A stretch of 64,000 nt of DNA from an uncultured Candidatus Saccharibacteria bacterium (GTDB taxonomy: Bacteria; Patescibacteriota; Minisyncoccia; Phycocordibacterales; UBA5272), in assembly GCA_964369115.1 (NCBI GenBank), contig CAYJED010000003.1, positions 28,458-92,457 of the forward strand, given 5' to 3'. Position numbers and translations under genes: made by a program. The notes beneath the pieces were generated by a model, which worked only from the letters and a program-made list of their open reading frames with translations, had not been told where the DNA came from and did no database searches. This document shows, piece by piece, positions 28,364-39,362 of this stretch; positions within the stretch are counted from its first letter, which is position 1, and the number at the start of each line of letters is the position of its first letter.

Positions 28364-28551
28364 TTTTTGTTTTACAAGATAGAGTTACGTTTATTGCTGG
28401 ACAGAGATGATCTTCGATCACCTCTGTCCATTTCAATTTTGTTTATTAAAATACTATAAACGACTCCACAAAACCCCATATAGAAGGGGCTTGCATTATT
28501 GACAAAAGTGTGATACAATATCTTTATATAGTTAAAAAACCTTTAAATACC

Positions 28552-28815
28552 ATGCTTTCAGCAAGAAAAAAGGCAACCGCCATCAAAAACGTTCAGATTC
28601 ACGGTACAGATACAGGATCACCTGAAGTTCAGGTATCTATTCTTACTAAGAAGATCACTGAGCTTACAGGACACCTCAAGGTGCACGCAAAGGATAATCA
28701 CTCACGTCGTGGGCTTATCCAAATGGTAGCGGATCGCCGCACCCACCTTAAGTATCTCGAAGGTAAAGATAAGAAGCGTTACAACGCACTTGTATCTAAG
28801 CTTGGACTTAAGTAA
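28552..28815 (+). CDS. rpsO: 30S ribosomal protein S15
   Basis: [55 protein letters not shown]...: canonical S15; start set at MLSARKK. Confidence 0.9.
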   Translation: MLSARKKATAIKNVQIHGTDTGSPEVQVSILTKKITELTGHLKVHAKDNHSRRGLIQMVADRRTHLKYLEGKDKKRYNALVSKLGLK

Positions 28816-29013
28816 GTAAGAGGAAAATGGTACCTAGGTGGTACTGTTTTCTTTTATCCCCAAAGATTTTCTGATTCTGGTTATAAAAGGTGTGTATACT
28901 TAACTATAGGGTACATTATTTTTAATAAACAAAAGAGTGTAGTTGCGGTGTTTTCTTTTTTTATATCTACCACACACATCGCTACCTCTTCCAATTTTAC
29001 ATAACAATTATAT

Positions 29014-29670
29014 ATGTCAGTGATAAAACACAGCGACCAGCGTGTCGCAATTTTTATTGATACACAGAATCTCTATCACAGTGCAAAAAACCTCTACAAC
29101 GCAAAGGTAAACTTTGGCGCAATTATGGAAAGTGCTCTTGTTAAACGTAAACTCATTCGTGCTCTTGCTTATGTGATTACAACAGAAGCAGGAGATGAGA
29201 CTCAGTTTTTTGAAGCACTTACCAAGCTCGGTATTGAAACAAAAACAAAAGATCTTCAAATCTTTTACGGTGGAGCAAAAAAGGCGGACTGGGATGTTGG
29301 ACTTGCGGTGGACGCTATTCGTCTTGCTCCAAAAGTAGACACCATTGTACTTGCAACGGGGGATGGGGATTTTGTTCCGCTTGTTACTTTTCTAAAAGAA
29401 CATTTTGGTGTCCAGGTCGAGGTTGTTTCTTTTGGAAGATCATCCTCTACAAAACTTCGCGAAGCCTGTGAAGACTTTATTGATATGTGCGACCATCCAG
29501 AAAAATATCTTATCGGCTACAGAGTAAGACGCCCTGTTTCAAAGAAAGCAAAAGTACGTACTCAAACACAAAAACCAAAAAAAGTATCTGAGAAGAAGGA
29601 GTACAGTAATTTTTCTGATGAAGATTTTGGTATTTTTAGTGGAGACACCCCACCAGAAAAAAATTCTTAA
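29014..29670 (+). CDS. NYN/LabA-like (PIN-fold) domain protein
   Basis: VAIFIDTQNLYHS...IVLATGDGDFVPLV pattern typical of NYN/LabA nucleases; 218 aa. Confidence 0.7.
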   Translation: MSVIKHSDQRVAIFIDTQNLYHSAKNLYNAKVNFGAIMESALVKRKLIRALAYVITTEAGDETQFFEALTKLGIETKTKDLQIFYGGAKKADWDVGLAVDAIRLAPKVDTIVLATGDGDFVPLVTFLKEHFGVQVEVVSFGRSSSTKLREACEDFIDMCDHPEKYLIGYRVRRPVSKKAKVRTQTQKPKKVSEKKEYSNFSDEDFGIFSGDTPPEKNS

Positions 29671-29695
29671 AAAGATCTGATACACTAGAGCACAT

Positions 29696-30553
29696 ATGAT
29701 GCCTAAAGTTGAAACGTTTGAGCAAAATATCGTTGAAGAAATAAAAAGAAAAGATGCTTCACTTACAGAAATTTCTGCCGCAGGAAATAATGTAGGAAAC
29801 GATCCAGTCGAACTCCCAAAACAAAAACCTATTTTCCTTATTGTTATTGGGGTGCTTTTTGTTGTGTTTCTTGCAGCTCTTATTGGGGTCTGGTACTTTT
29901 ACTTTAGCGACCCAAGTGTTACAACACCTCCACTCACCGAACAAAATGCCGCGAATGTTATACCAAAAACAACAACAGAACTAGGTAAACTTTCGTCAGC
30001 ACTTGGTATAAACATTGGAAGGTTTGTTACAAGTGTTGAAAAAAGAGATCGTGGGTACATTTTGACACTTAGCGAATATACTCCGGTATTTGCATATATG
30101 ACAAGAAATGAAAAAGATTTTATAGAAGATCTTGCACTTCTTTTTCCTAAAGTAAACAACTCTGTTGGGCAAGCAGCAACCACAACTACAGCAACTACCA
30201 CAACTTCTACATCTACCACACCAGCAAGTGCTACAAGCACAGCCTCATCTTCTGCACCAAAAAAAGTAGCCACAAGCACTAAAGAAGTAAAAGCAACAAC
30301 GACACAGCCTAAAGCAACTTCGACAGAAGAGGATGGTGTCTCTATTCCTGTTACTTCAAGTTTTGCGACACTTGTTTCTCAAGATGAACTTTTAGGAAAA
30401 GCGTTTTCTGACGTCACTATGAATAATCAAAATATGCGCGTGTTTAAAAAAGATGGGATGCGTGTCGTGTATGCCTTTGTAGGTAATAATACTGTACTTA
30501 TTTCTGATAGCCCTGAAGGCGTTCTTACACTTAAGAGTGGTATACTCAAATAA
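29696..30553 (+). CDS. membrane-anchored protein with Thr/Ser-rich linker, hypothetical
   Basis: One TM (IFLIVIGVLFVVFLAALIGVWYF); T/S-rich low-complexity stretch; 285 aa. Confidence 0.5.
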   Translation: MMPKVETFEQNIVEEIKRKDASLTEISAAGNNVGNDPVELPKQKPIFLIVIGVLFVVFLAALIGVWYFYFSDPSVTTPPLTEQNAANVIPKTTTELGKLSSALGINIGRFVTSVEKRDRGYILTLSEYTPVFAYMTRNEKDFIEDLALLFPKVNNSVGQAATTTTATTTTSTSTTPASATSTASSSAPKKVATSTKEVKATTTQPKATSTEEDGVSIPVTSSFATLVSQDELLGKAFSDVTMNNQNMRVFKKDGMRVVYAFVGNNTVLISDSPEGVLTLKSGILK

Positions 30554-32112
30554 TGAGTATTGCAACAGTTGGGAGCGCCCACATTGTTGGTTTACATGGA
30601 GAACCCATAACCGTAGAGGTTGATGTTGGACGGGGGCTCTATTCTTTTTCCATTATAGGTCTTCCTGACAAAGCGATTGACGAAAGCAAAGACCGTGTTG
30701 TTACCGCACTTAAAAACACCGGACTACAAACCCCTAAAACAGAAAATCAAAAAGTTGTTGTCTCTCTTTCCCCAGCAGGAACAAAAAAAGAGGGTTCTCA
30801 CTTTGATCTTCCTATTGCTCTTGGATACCTTAACGCCTCAGGGCAAATAAAAACTATTCCAAAAGATGCTTGGTTTTTTGGAGAACTTTCTCTCAAAGGA
30901 GACATACTTCCTCTTAAGGGGATGCTTGCCCTCGCAGAAAAAGCAAAAGCTTCTGGTATAACCACACTTTATATTCCAGAAGAAAATAAACGTGAAGCTG
31001 GCCTTGTAAGCGATGTAACGATTTATCCATGTCGCACACTTTTAGATATTGTTCAACACCTAGGAGGAGAACCTGCTTCTCAAAAAGAAATATATACACT
31101 TACACCTTATGAACACAGGGATGCTGACGTAACTGTTGGGTCACCACACGTAGATATGAGCAGTGTGCGCGGCCAAGCACATGTAAAACGCGCACTTGAA
31201 ATTGCCGCAACAGGTGGACACAACATTGCACTCTACGGACCACCAGGAACAGGGAAAACCATGCTTGCAAAAGCTTTTACAGGAATACTTCCTCTACTCA
31301 CAGAAGAGGAGTCGCTTGAGGTGACGAGAATTTATTCTACTGTAAAAGAAATTAAAGGGCGTATTCAAACACCTCAACTAAGAAGCCCTCATCACACCTC
31401 GTCTCATGTTGCTCTTGTTGGAGGTGGCGCAAACATAAAAGCAGGGGAGATAACCCTTGCTCACCATGGCGTTCTTTTTTTAGATGAGTTTCCTGAGTTT
31501 GAAAAACGTGTTATTGAATCACTACGCGAACCTCTTGAAGAAGGGGTGATTACTATCTCAAGAGCAAAAGGGAGCGTAACTTTTCCAGCAAATATTACTC
31601 TCATTGCATCAATGAACCCTTGTCCGTGCGGATACTACGGAAGTACCCATAAACGCTGCACATGTTCACCGTCTGACATTGACCGTTATGTGCGCAAACT
31701 TTCAGGTCCTATTATGGATCGTATTGATATGTGGGTCCCTGTACCTCACATTAGTTACGAAACATTAACCAATACAGAAAATAAAGAAGAAGACTCAGCA
31801 ACAATTCGTACAAAAGTTTTTACAGGAAGATCTTTTACGGAGAAAAGATCAAAAAATCTTGGGCTTCTTTTTATAAAGAAAAATAAAGATATTCCTGCAA
31901 AAGATATAGAGAAAGCTGTCTCACTCACCAAAAACGCAGACGTATTAATGAAAAAAATGTCGACACTTCACACACTTTCTCCACGAGCATATCATCGAGT
32001 ACTTCGTGTAGCGCGCACAATTGCAGATTATAGACTTTCAAAAGATGTTGAGGAGAAAGATATTCTTGAAGCGTTTCAGTATAGACCAAAACTCTATCAA
32101 GATAAACTATAA
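30553..32112 (+). CDS. yifB: Mg-chelatase-like AAA+ ATPase YifB/ComM family
   Basis: Lon-like N-terminal domain, Walker A GPPGTGKT, Walker B FLDEF, C-terminal Cys cluster (CPCGYYG...C.C); 519 aa. Confidence 0.85.
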   Translation: MSIATVGSAHIVGLHGEPITVEVDVGRGLYSFSIIGLPDKAIDESKDRVVTALKNTGLQTPKTENQKVVVSLSPAGTKKEGSHFDLPIALGYLNASGQIKTIPKDAWFFGELSLKGDILPLKGMLALAEKAKASGITTLYIPEENKREAGLVSDVTIYPCRTLLDIVQHLGGEPASQKEIYTLTPYEHRDADVTVGSPHVDMSSVRGQAHVKRALEIAATGGHNIALYGPPGTGKTMLAKAFTGILPLLTEEESLEVTRIYSTVKEIKGRIQTPQLRSPHHTSSHVALVGGGANIKAGEITLAHHGVLFLDEFPEFEKRVIESLREPLEEGVITISRAKGSVTFPANITLIASMNPCPCGYYGSTHKRCTCSPSDIDRYVRKLSGPIMDRIDMWVPVPHISYETLTNTENKEEDSATIRTKVFTGRSFTEKRSKNLGLLFIKKNKDIPAKDIEKAVSLTKNADVLMKKMSTLHTLSPRAYHRVLRVARTIADYRLSKDVEEKDILEAFQYRPKLYQDKL

Positions 32113-32170
32113 TAAAAGCAACACCTGCTACCGGTGTCGCTTTTATTACGTAGTATTCTTAGCTACAGGA

Positions 32171-33226
32171 TTAGAAAGGATTTTTTGCTCCACGAACTTC
32201 AAAGTGAAGATGGGGTCCGGTAGATCGTCCAGTATTACCAACTTCACCGATTACTTGCCCCTGGGTAACAGTTTGACCCTGTGTAATGTAAATATCACGA
32301 AGGTGAGCATAAACCGTCTGCACACCTTTTTCGTGAGTAATAATAATAAGATTTCCATATCCTCCGTTATAACCTCCCATCTTAGCAAGAATTGCACGAC
32401 CGCTTGCTGATGCAACCACAGGGGTACCCTGATTTGCAGCAATATCAATAGCATTGTTACCGTGAATACCCTGAGTCTTACGACCTCCCACCATAGGACG
32501 AACAAGAAATCCAGACGGTGTGGTGGCAAGAGTTTTTGGTTTCTTTGCGGCAACTTGTGGTTTCTTTACTGCTACGGCTTCAATTTCACCATCAGGAACA
32601 ATGACCGTATCGCCAACCGCAAGTGAGGCATCGAGAGAGAGTCCGTTATACGTAGAAACATCTCCAACGTCTGCTTTATATTTTTTTGCAATGGTACTAA
32701 TAGTCTCACCTTTTTTTACCGTATGTTTAATTCCTGTAATTGGAAGAATAAGAAGAGTTGTTCCAGGAACAAGTGTTCTTGATTTAAGATCGTTACCCCA
32801 AATAATAGTGTTCACAGAAACATTAAACAACTTGGCAACATCTTGTAACGTGTCACCCTTTTTTACCTCGTAGACACTGATTGTGTCATCTTGAGGAAAA
32901 ACAATTTCTTCTGTAGAAACACGAAGTGGTCCAGATACAGCAGACAGAGACTCTTGATCTTTTGTAAGAAGATCGTCCGAAACATCTGCCGAAGAAGCAT
33001 CCATAACAACAGGCTTAAACAAAGTCATTGTTTGAGAGGTAGCCACCACAGCTTCTTCTTTTTCGTCTTGATTATTAATAAAAATAGACTTTACTTTACC
33101 AGTTAATGAAGCAAGAACAGAAGCATGAAGAGGGGAAACAGTAAGAAGCACACCCCCTATAGTAAAAGCGAAAATAACCCCATAGGAGCGTTTACCGTCG
33201 TTGTCTCTATTACTTTCTAATTGCAT
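32171..33226 (-). CDS. peptidoglycan DD-metalloendopeptidase, M23 family, with two LysM domains
   Basis: Two LysM motifs (YEVKKGDTLQDVAKLFNVSVNTI; HTVKKGETISTIAKKYKADVGDV) and C-terminal M23 (H...D, GNLIIITH, HLHFEV); N-terminal TM. Confidence 0.85.
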   Translation of the reverse strand: MQLESNRDNDGKRSYGVIFAFTIGGVLLTVSPLHASVLASLTGKVKSIFINNQDEKEEAVVATSQTMTLFKPVVMDASSADVSDDLLTKDQESLSAVSGPLRVSTEEIVFPQDDTISVYEVKKGDTLQDVAKLFNVSVNTIIWGNDLKSRTLVPGTTLLILPITGIKHTVKKGETISTIAKKYKADVGDVSTYNGLSLDASLAVGDTVIVPDGEIEAVAVKKPQVAAKKPKTLATTPSGFLVRPMVGGRKTQGIHGNNAIDIAANQGTPVVASASGRAILAKMGGYNGGYGNLIIITHEKGVQTVYAHLRDIYITQGQTVTQGQVIGEVGNTGRSTGPHLHFEVRGAKNPF

Positions 33227-33448
33227 TTGAGGAATTTAGCTTTTAAGTTATGTTTAAAGGCCAAAAGTGGGAGGGGCGACATCGGTGAGCTATGCTTTAC
33301 AATGTCTACGTGAACTCTTTACACAAAGGTAAGGAGATTGTCTTATTATTATAGCAAATTTTTAACTCTTTTTCAAAGCACATTTCTTCACCATCGTGTG
33401 GAGAACATACTAAAAAGTCTTGCACTATAAGCTATACTAGAAATATCT

Positions 33449-36400
33449 ATGAGCGACAACAATCGTGGTCGTAAGGACTTTTCATCACTTCCAGATGGTT
33501 TTTCTGCGGAACCTAACCTTGGTCAAAAAAAACCTGGCACATTTTCTCGTTTTGGAGCAACGGCTGAGCCTGGAACTTTTGTTGTTGCTCAAAAAAATAG
33601 AGAAAATCTCGTCACCTCTTCGGTTCAAAAAAACACAGAAATATCTTCTTCTTTTAAAAATACACTACAAGGGACAAGACCGGGGATGGAAATTGGGCCA
33701 AACAGTAAAGCGCTAAAAGCATTAGAAAGCATAACAGAAGGTTTAGATAAGGCTGGAATTACTGTTGAATCTGATGGTCAAATAAGTTTCAATGAAGACA
33801 GTTGGGTGTTTAAGCAGCTTGAGGAAGAGAAAAAGGCGTACGCCGAGCGTGTAGCTCATCTTGTTAGAAGATTTGCACTTCTTAAAAGATCTTTTGATGC
33901 TGTCTCTTCTTTTGCGACAGAAGAACAACGTAAAGAGATTGAAACTCTATTGTCTGGCCCACTTGCCTGGCTTAAAAATGACGATCTTCCAGAAAAAATC
34001 TCTGATGAGGAGGAGAAAGTTCTAGGGGTAGCTCTCAGCTCTTTAAGTAAAATCACTTCCCGAATAGAAGATGAGCAAGATGATGCTTTAAGAAAAACAC
34101 AAGAAGCTGAACGTTTAGCGCAAGAAGCGAAACTTTTAGCACAAAGGCAAGAACTTATCGCCAGAAAAGCTTTAGGCGACCTTTATGTTACTTTTGGAAC
34201 ACTGCAAGCAAAGGCTATTCTTTTAGGGAAAGGTTATGAGGATAGGCTTTTACCTTTTTTGGATCACAGCATCAACACAAGACTAATTGCTGAAACAACA
34301 CCAAACGACGAAACTGTCGCCGGGTTTAAAGCAGCACTCAATGAGCTTGATGAAGAGATCGGAAACATAGAAAAAGAGAAGCAGGATGAAGAAACAAAAA
34401 CCAAAGCAGAGCCTACCCCTGTCACTCCAGTAAGTGCCGCTCCAACACCAGAAAAAGCTCCTGCAAATATTTACGGTGGATGGCCAACCTCAATTAAGCA
34501 AGTAACAAAAAAAGAAGACCCAAAGAATCCTAAAAGTAGGCAAGTTACGTTTTGGCAGCTCACCGACAGAAATAATCAAACAAAGGCTCTCGATCATGGA
34601 GAAACATGGTCTTCACTTAAGACTAACTTTGACGAGGAATTTAAACACTACCTCGCTTTTATTCAAGAAGGAGATCGAGTAAGAAAGATAAAAGAGTGTG
34701 GGAATCTTATTGCCCACAAGGAAGCGGTTATTAAAGCAATTCTTGATCTTGATATAGATACAGCATTTTCACTTATCGCAGTATTTCGTGATCTTATAGC
34801 AGAAACAAAAACTTCTTGGACAGAAAAGATGAAGAAGGAAGGGGAAGTAGGGGCAAAAGATAAAGAAGGTCTAGAAAAAAAGAAAGCTATCGTAAAAAGC
34901 TTTGAAGAAGTGAGTAAGCGTTACGCCAAAGAAAAGGAACGTTACCAGAATGAAGCTCTTCCGTTTATTACTTCAGAACTTGAACGTCAAATGTTTGACC
35001 GATCAATGAAAACAATTGATGGTTACACTAAAGAGCTTGAGGAGGAGGAACTTGAGGAGTACGTGAGCAACGTTGCTACATTTACCGCTCTTGTTGAAAC
35101 AACAAAACAAAGACTTGAAAAAATGTACGGAAAAGGGAATGCTCCTCTTCGAACGCGTTTTGGTAAAAAAGGTGTTGGACATGTATTTCTTCGCGGCGGA
35201 AAAAGTATAACCGAAGACGAATGGAATAAAAAACAGGAACAAGATGAAGCCGAAAAAGAAATAACAATCGAAAAACAAAAGCGAGCAACTCGAGAAGAAC
35301 TTGAACGTATTCATAGAAAAATGCTCGAACGAGACAAAGCTTCGTATATTTCTTTTTATAAAAATAAACCGAGAATTGCAGGCGATCAAAACAAAGACAT
35401 TGCACAGACTGTTCTTGAAGAAGAAAGGGCTCGTTTAGGGGAAGAACAGCTTGGACTCGCTGTTGACCGTGCAGAGCTTGTGGCAACAGGAGCATATGAT
35501 GAAACCACCCAAAAAGAAATCGAAGAAATCACAAAATCTATACATGATTTAGATGTGGCAATTGATGATGCAACACCAAAGACTGACGAAGAGCTTCAGA
35601 GAGATGAACTTAGAGCTTTAACAAAAAATGAAACAACAATCAAAAACACCAAACAAACATTTAATCCTTCTCGTAGCACTCTTTTAAGAAATACAGGAAA
35701 AGAAAAGCCTAACTTTAGTTTACTCAGGCCATTTAAAAGCTGGAGTGACATTGTGAAGTATCAAGAAGGGGAAAAAGCCTACACAGCAAATAAAGAGAAG
35801 GTAACCAGTGTTTACGAAGAAGACGCAAATAAAGCTCAAGTAACTGTTGGCCCAAGAAAAGAAGAAGCTAGCATTGTAAGGGAAGTTGGGTCTACTCCAA
35901 TAACCATCGTACCACCAAAGGGTAGCGACACTGTGCCGTACACAAGCAGCCTAGGCGCAGACGGAATGGTGCATCAATTTACAGCAAAAAAAGAGGAGGC
36001 AGGGGTACAGCCAGAACCTATGGCAACAGAAACACCTACTATAAAAAATAAAATAGAGCCAACCTTTTCTCTGGCCGATCTTGACACAACTGTATTAGAA
36101 GCCCGTAGCGGTCGGCAAGAAATTAACGACTCACTAGATGCACAAAGACTAGAAAAAGAAGCTCATGAAAAAAAGAAATTTGCGACTGTTGAAAAAACAC
36201 TTCAATCATTTTCTGGAGAAAGCTGGTTACGCATGCTTGCACTTTTTACTGCTTTACGAAAGCCGCTTCCAAAAATAAATGAATACGAGGTCGCTCAGAA
36301 ATTTACTCAAAGCCAAAAAACTGCTGAAAGTCTTGCTGATATTAATTGGAAACGATTTTTAACAGCAGAAGAACTTGCTTTTACTGAAAAACTTGTAGGT

Positions 36401-36697
36401 AAAATGGCGGTTTCATTTAATGATCTTATACGAGAAGAAGCTCCTTCTGTGCTTGAAAAGAGATTGTTCGATATTCCTTCAATGAATATTAAAAAGCTCA
36501 CAGGCGGGGAAGAGGTTGTGTACGGTCTTTTAAGCGAAGAACGTCGTGCGCTCTGTCTCTTTGCTGAGAAACTAAAGAACATCATTACAAAAACAAAAGG
36601 ACTGAAGACATCTTACGTTTACGAAGAAACTGAAACACTTCAGTCACTTTACGATACAGCACGAAATGCAATAGGTACTACAGATAATAAAAAATAA
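33449..36697 (+). CDS. large coiled-coil protein, hypothetical
   Basis: 1082 aa, K/E-rich, long predicted helices; no recognisable enzymatic motif. Confidence 0.55.
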   Translation: MSDNNRGRKDFSSLPDGFSAEPNLGQKKPGTFSRFGATAEPGTFVVAQKNRENLVTSSVQKNTEISSSFKNTLQGTRPGMEIGPNSKALKALESITEGLDKAGITVESDGQISFNEDSWVFKQLEEEKKAYAERVAHLVRRFALLKRSFDAVSSFATEEQRKEIETLLSGPLAWLKNDDLPEKISDEEEKVLGVALSSLSKITSRIEDEQDDALRKTQEAERLAQEAKLLAQRQELIARKALGDLYVTFGTLQAKAILLGKGYEDRLLPFLDHSINTRLIAETTPNDETVAGFKAALNELDEEIGNIEKEKQDEETKTKAEPTPVTPVSAAPTPEKAPANIYGGWPTSIKQVTKKEDPKNPKSRQVTFWQLTDRNNQTKALDHGETWSSLKTNFDEEFKHYLAFIQEGDRVRKIKECGNLIAHKEAVIKAILDLDIDTAFSLIAVFRDLIAETKTSWTEKMKKEGEVGAKDKEGLEKKKAIVKSFEEVSKRYAKEKERYQNEALPFITSELERQMFDRSMKTIDGYTKELEEEELEEYVSNVATFTALVETTKQRLEKMYGKGNAPLRTRFGKKGVGHVFLRGGKSITEDEWNKKQEQDEAEKEITIEKQKRATREELERIHRKMLERDKASYISFYKNKPRIAGDQNKDIAQTVLEEERARLGEEQLGLAVDRAELVATGAYDETTQKEIEEITKSIHDLDVAIDDATPKTDEELQRDELRALTKNETTIKNTKQTFNPSRSTLLRNTGKEKPNFSLLRPFKSWSDIVKYQEGEKAYTANKEKVTSVYEEDANKAQVTVGPRKEEASIVREVGSTPITIVPPKGSDTVPYTSSLGADGMVHQFTAKKEEAGVQPEPMATETPTIKNKIEPTFSLADLDTTVLEARSGRQEINDSLDAQRLEKEAHEKKKFATVEKTLQSFSGESWLRMLALFTALRKPLPKINEYEVAQKFTQSQKTAESLADINWKRFLTAEELAFTEKLVGKMAVSFNDLIREEAPSVLEKRLFDIPSMNIKKLTGGEEVVYGLLSEERRALCLFAEKLKNIITKTKGLKTSYVYEETETLQSLYDTARNAIGTTDNKK

Positions 36698-36698
36698 T

Positions 36699-36986
36699 AT
36701 GAACTTTGAAGAACTGTATAGTCAACTCATAGAAGACTTCGAGCTAGAAAATCTACCAAAAGAAGAACAAAAAGAGATGCTTGAAGCTGTAGCAAAAACA
36801 CTACAAAAGCAATTTCTCTTAGATATTTATGATGAAATAGGTGAGAAGCAATTTGAAGCGTTGCAAGCCTCTGCTCAAATGGGGGAAGATTTCTACGCAA
36901 CCACACTTAAACATATTGTTCCAAACTACGAAGAAGTCTTTCAAAAATCAAGAAGAAAAGTGGTTGAAACATTCAAAAGAAAGTAA
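36699..36986 (+). CDS. hypothetical protein
   Basis: 95 aa; start overlaps the stop of the upstream gene (taATATG), suggesting translational coupling. Confidence 0.45.
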   Translation: MNFEELYSQLIEDFELENLPKEEQKEMLEAVAKTLQKQFLLDIYDEIGEKQFEALQASAQMGEDFYATTLKHIVPNYEEVFQKSRRKVVETFKRK

Positions 36987-37046
36987 CCATACCATCACAG
37001 AAGAAATCTCTTCTGTGATTTTTACATGTGCTACACTTCTTCTACT

Positions 37047-38996
37047 ATGGAAATAACCTCTTCTACAAAAAACACTTTAAATCAAGAGCAAATGGAAGCG
37101 GTAGCTGTAACTGAAGGACCTCTTCTTATTATCGCTGGAGCAGGTGCTGGTAAAACAAAAACCTTAACTGAACGCATTGTACATATCATTAAAAACGGCA
37201 CGGACCCGAGAAATATTCTTGCGGTAACCTTTACCAACAAGGCCGCAAAAGAGATGCGCGAAAGAATTGTAGGACGCCTCGAAGAGGAGCGTATCATCGA
37301 AAAAGAAAATCCTTACCACCATACCCCACTTATTAAAACATTTCACTCGCTTGGTCTTCTTATGCTTTCTGAACAGTCACACAGAGTGGGACTCCTTAAA
37401 CATCCGACCATTTTAGATAGCAGTGACTCGTTGTCTATCATTAAACGTGCCGTTGAACAACTATCTCTTGATCCAAAAATAAATGACCCTTCAAAGATAC
37501 GGTCTATCATCAGTAAAGAAAAGGGGGATTTTGTTAGCCAACAAGACTATTCAAAAAAAGTGGCCACCGCTCAGATGGATATCATCTCAACTGTGTGGAG
37601 AATCTACGAGGAAGAACTTCTACGACAAAAAGCGGTGGACTTTGATGACCTTATTGTAAAAGCAGTGCGCATGCTTGAGAATAATGCCGACATTAGAGAG
37701 TGCTATCAAAAACGTTTTAGCTATATTCACATTGATGAGTATCAAGATACAAATGCCGCTCAGTACGCTTTTGTAAAACTTCTTGTTGCCCATCCTGCAA
37801 ATAATATTTGTGTTGTAGGAGATACTGATCAAAATATTTACAGTTGGCGTGGAGCAAACATTAGAAATATTTTGAACTTTGAGAAAGATTTTCCAGGCGG
37901 AAAAACAGTACTCCTTGAAGAAAACTATCGTTCGACGGGAAATATTTTGACGCTTGCAAATACTGCAATCAAAAAAAATACAGTGCGCACCGAAAAAAAT
38001 CTTTTTACTAAAAAAGGCTTCGGTGACCCTATTTTTATTTGGCCATGTTTTGACGAAGAAGGAGAAGCGGAAAAGATTGCTAAAGAATGTAACATTTTAC
38101 TCAACGAAGGGGTAACCCCTTCTTCGATCGCGGTACTCTATAGAGCAAACTTTCAATCACGAGTACTCGAAGAAGGTTTTCTAAAACAAAATGTTCCTTA
38201 CAATCTCCTTGGGACAAAATTCTTTGAGCGAAAGGAAGTTAAAGATGTTATGAGCTATCTCCGTGCAGCATTAAACAGAGACTCACAGCAAGATCTTAGA
38301 CGTGTTTTTGAAACACCAAAGAGGGGGATAGGTAAAGTAACAGTTGCAAAACTTTTTGCAGGAGAAGAGCTTTCTTCTAAGGTCTCACAAAAAATTAACG
38401 AGGTGTACACATTTTTAGATAGCATCATGGAAAGACTTGAAACAGAGCCACTTTCTCATATTATCTCCATGATTATTGTTGATTCTGGTATGGAAAAAGA
38501 ACTTCTTGAAGGAAGCTCTGAAGACAAGGAGCGCCTAGAAAACGCAAGAGAGCTTGTATCGCTCACCATAAAGTATGACCATCTTAAAGGGTCTGAAATC
38601 CTTACTCAGTTCTTAGAAGAAACAGCACTACAATCTGATCAAGACAACGACACCAAAGATAAAGAGGGGGTGCGCCTCATGACCATTCATGCAAGTAAAG
38701 GACTTGAATTTGATTATGTATTTGTTGTTGGTCTTGAACAAGATCTCTTTCCTCATAAAAATATCGGCAACCGCAAACGAAGCAAGGAAGAGGAGGAAGA
38801 GGAGAGGAGACTTTTTTATGTGGCAGTTACAAGAGCAAGATCGCGTCTTACGCTTTCTTATGCAGAGCTTCGCACCATCTTTGGACAAAAACAGATTAAT
38901 GCTCCGAGTGAATTTTTAGGAGACGTAGAAGAATCGATAGCAGAGTGGGACGAGATTTATTACAAAGAAAGCGGAGGAAGGATAGTCTATATATAA
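37047..38996 (+). CDS. pcrA: ATP-dependent DNA helicase, UvrD/PcrA/Rep family
   Basis: Motif I AGAGAGKT, II DEYQDT, III GDTDQNIYSWRGA, IV..VI (VTRAR); start moved to MEITSS. Confidence 0.85.
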   Translation: MEITSSTKNTLNQEQMEAVAVTEGPLLIIAGAGAGKTKTLTERIVHIIKNGTDPRNILAVTFTNKAAKEMRERIVGRLEEERIIEKENPYHHTPLIKTFHSLGLLMLSEQSHRVGLLKHPTILDSSDSLSIIKRAVEQLSLDPKINDPSKIRSIISKEKGDFVSQQDYSKKVATAQMDIISTVWRIYEEELLRQKAVDFDDLIVKAVRMLENNADIRECYQKRFSYIHIDEYQDTNAAQYAFVKLLVAHPANNICVVGDTDQNIYSWRGANIRNILNFEKDFPGGKTVLLEENYRSTGNILTLANTAIKKNTVRTEKNLFTKKGFGDPIFIWPCFDEEGEAEKIAKECNILLNEGVTPSSIAVLYRANFQSRVLEEGFLKQNVPYNLLGTKFFERKEVKDVMSYLRAALNRDSQQDLRRVFETPKRGIGKVTVAKLFAGEELSSKVSQKINEVYTFLDSIMERLETEPLSHIISMIIVDSGMEKELLEGSSEDKERLENARELVSLTIKYDHLKGSEILTQFLEETALQSDQDNDTKDKEGVRLMTIHASKGLEFDYVFVVGLEQDLFPHKNIGNRKRSKEEEEEERRLFYVAVTRARSRLTLSYAELRTIFGQKQINAPSEFLGDVEESIAEWDEIYYKESGGRIVYI

Positions 38997-39002
38997 AAAA
39001 AT

Positions 39003-39033
39003 ATGGGCGAGTGCGCGAAGCGCACTCGCCCAA
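39003..39033. terminator. GC-rich hairpin downstream of helicase gene
   Basis: gggcgagtgcgc-gaa-gcgcactcgccc; no clear U-tail. Confidence 0.4.
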
Positions 39034-39362
39034 CTCTGGTAAGACAAGGACAAACCTTTACTTACACTCTCTTTGACACACCCGGAAAGGTAAAGTGATT
39101 TTTCATAGTGAGGCACCGTTCCTTAGTACCGCGCCTTGGGGACCACAAAGTGGTTTGTCCTGCCCGCAAGATCTCCAGCCACCAAGAGGTGATTCATCAC
39201 AACGGTCAAAGTGTTTTCTTTCGCTTTATTGCGCCACCAGTCAAAAACGCAAGGATTCTTCATCCGTGAAGCAAAAGATTAAACTACAGAGCACTATTAA
39301 TTATACAATATATTAACAAAAAATCAAGTATATGGTAGTATGTTTACCGTATACACATCTCT

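Noticed and set aside
29388-29410. Partial (13-nt) similarity between array 1 spacer 25320-25349 and the NYN-domain gene
   Set aside because: Only ttttctaaaagaa matches. The flanking bases diverge. Judged chance similarity in AT-rich DNA.
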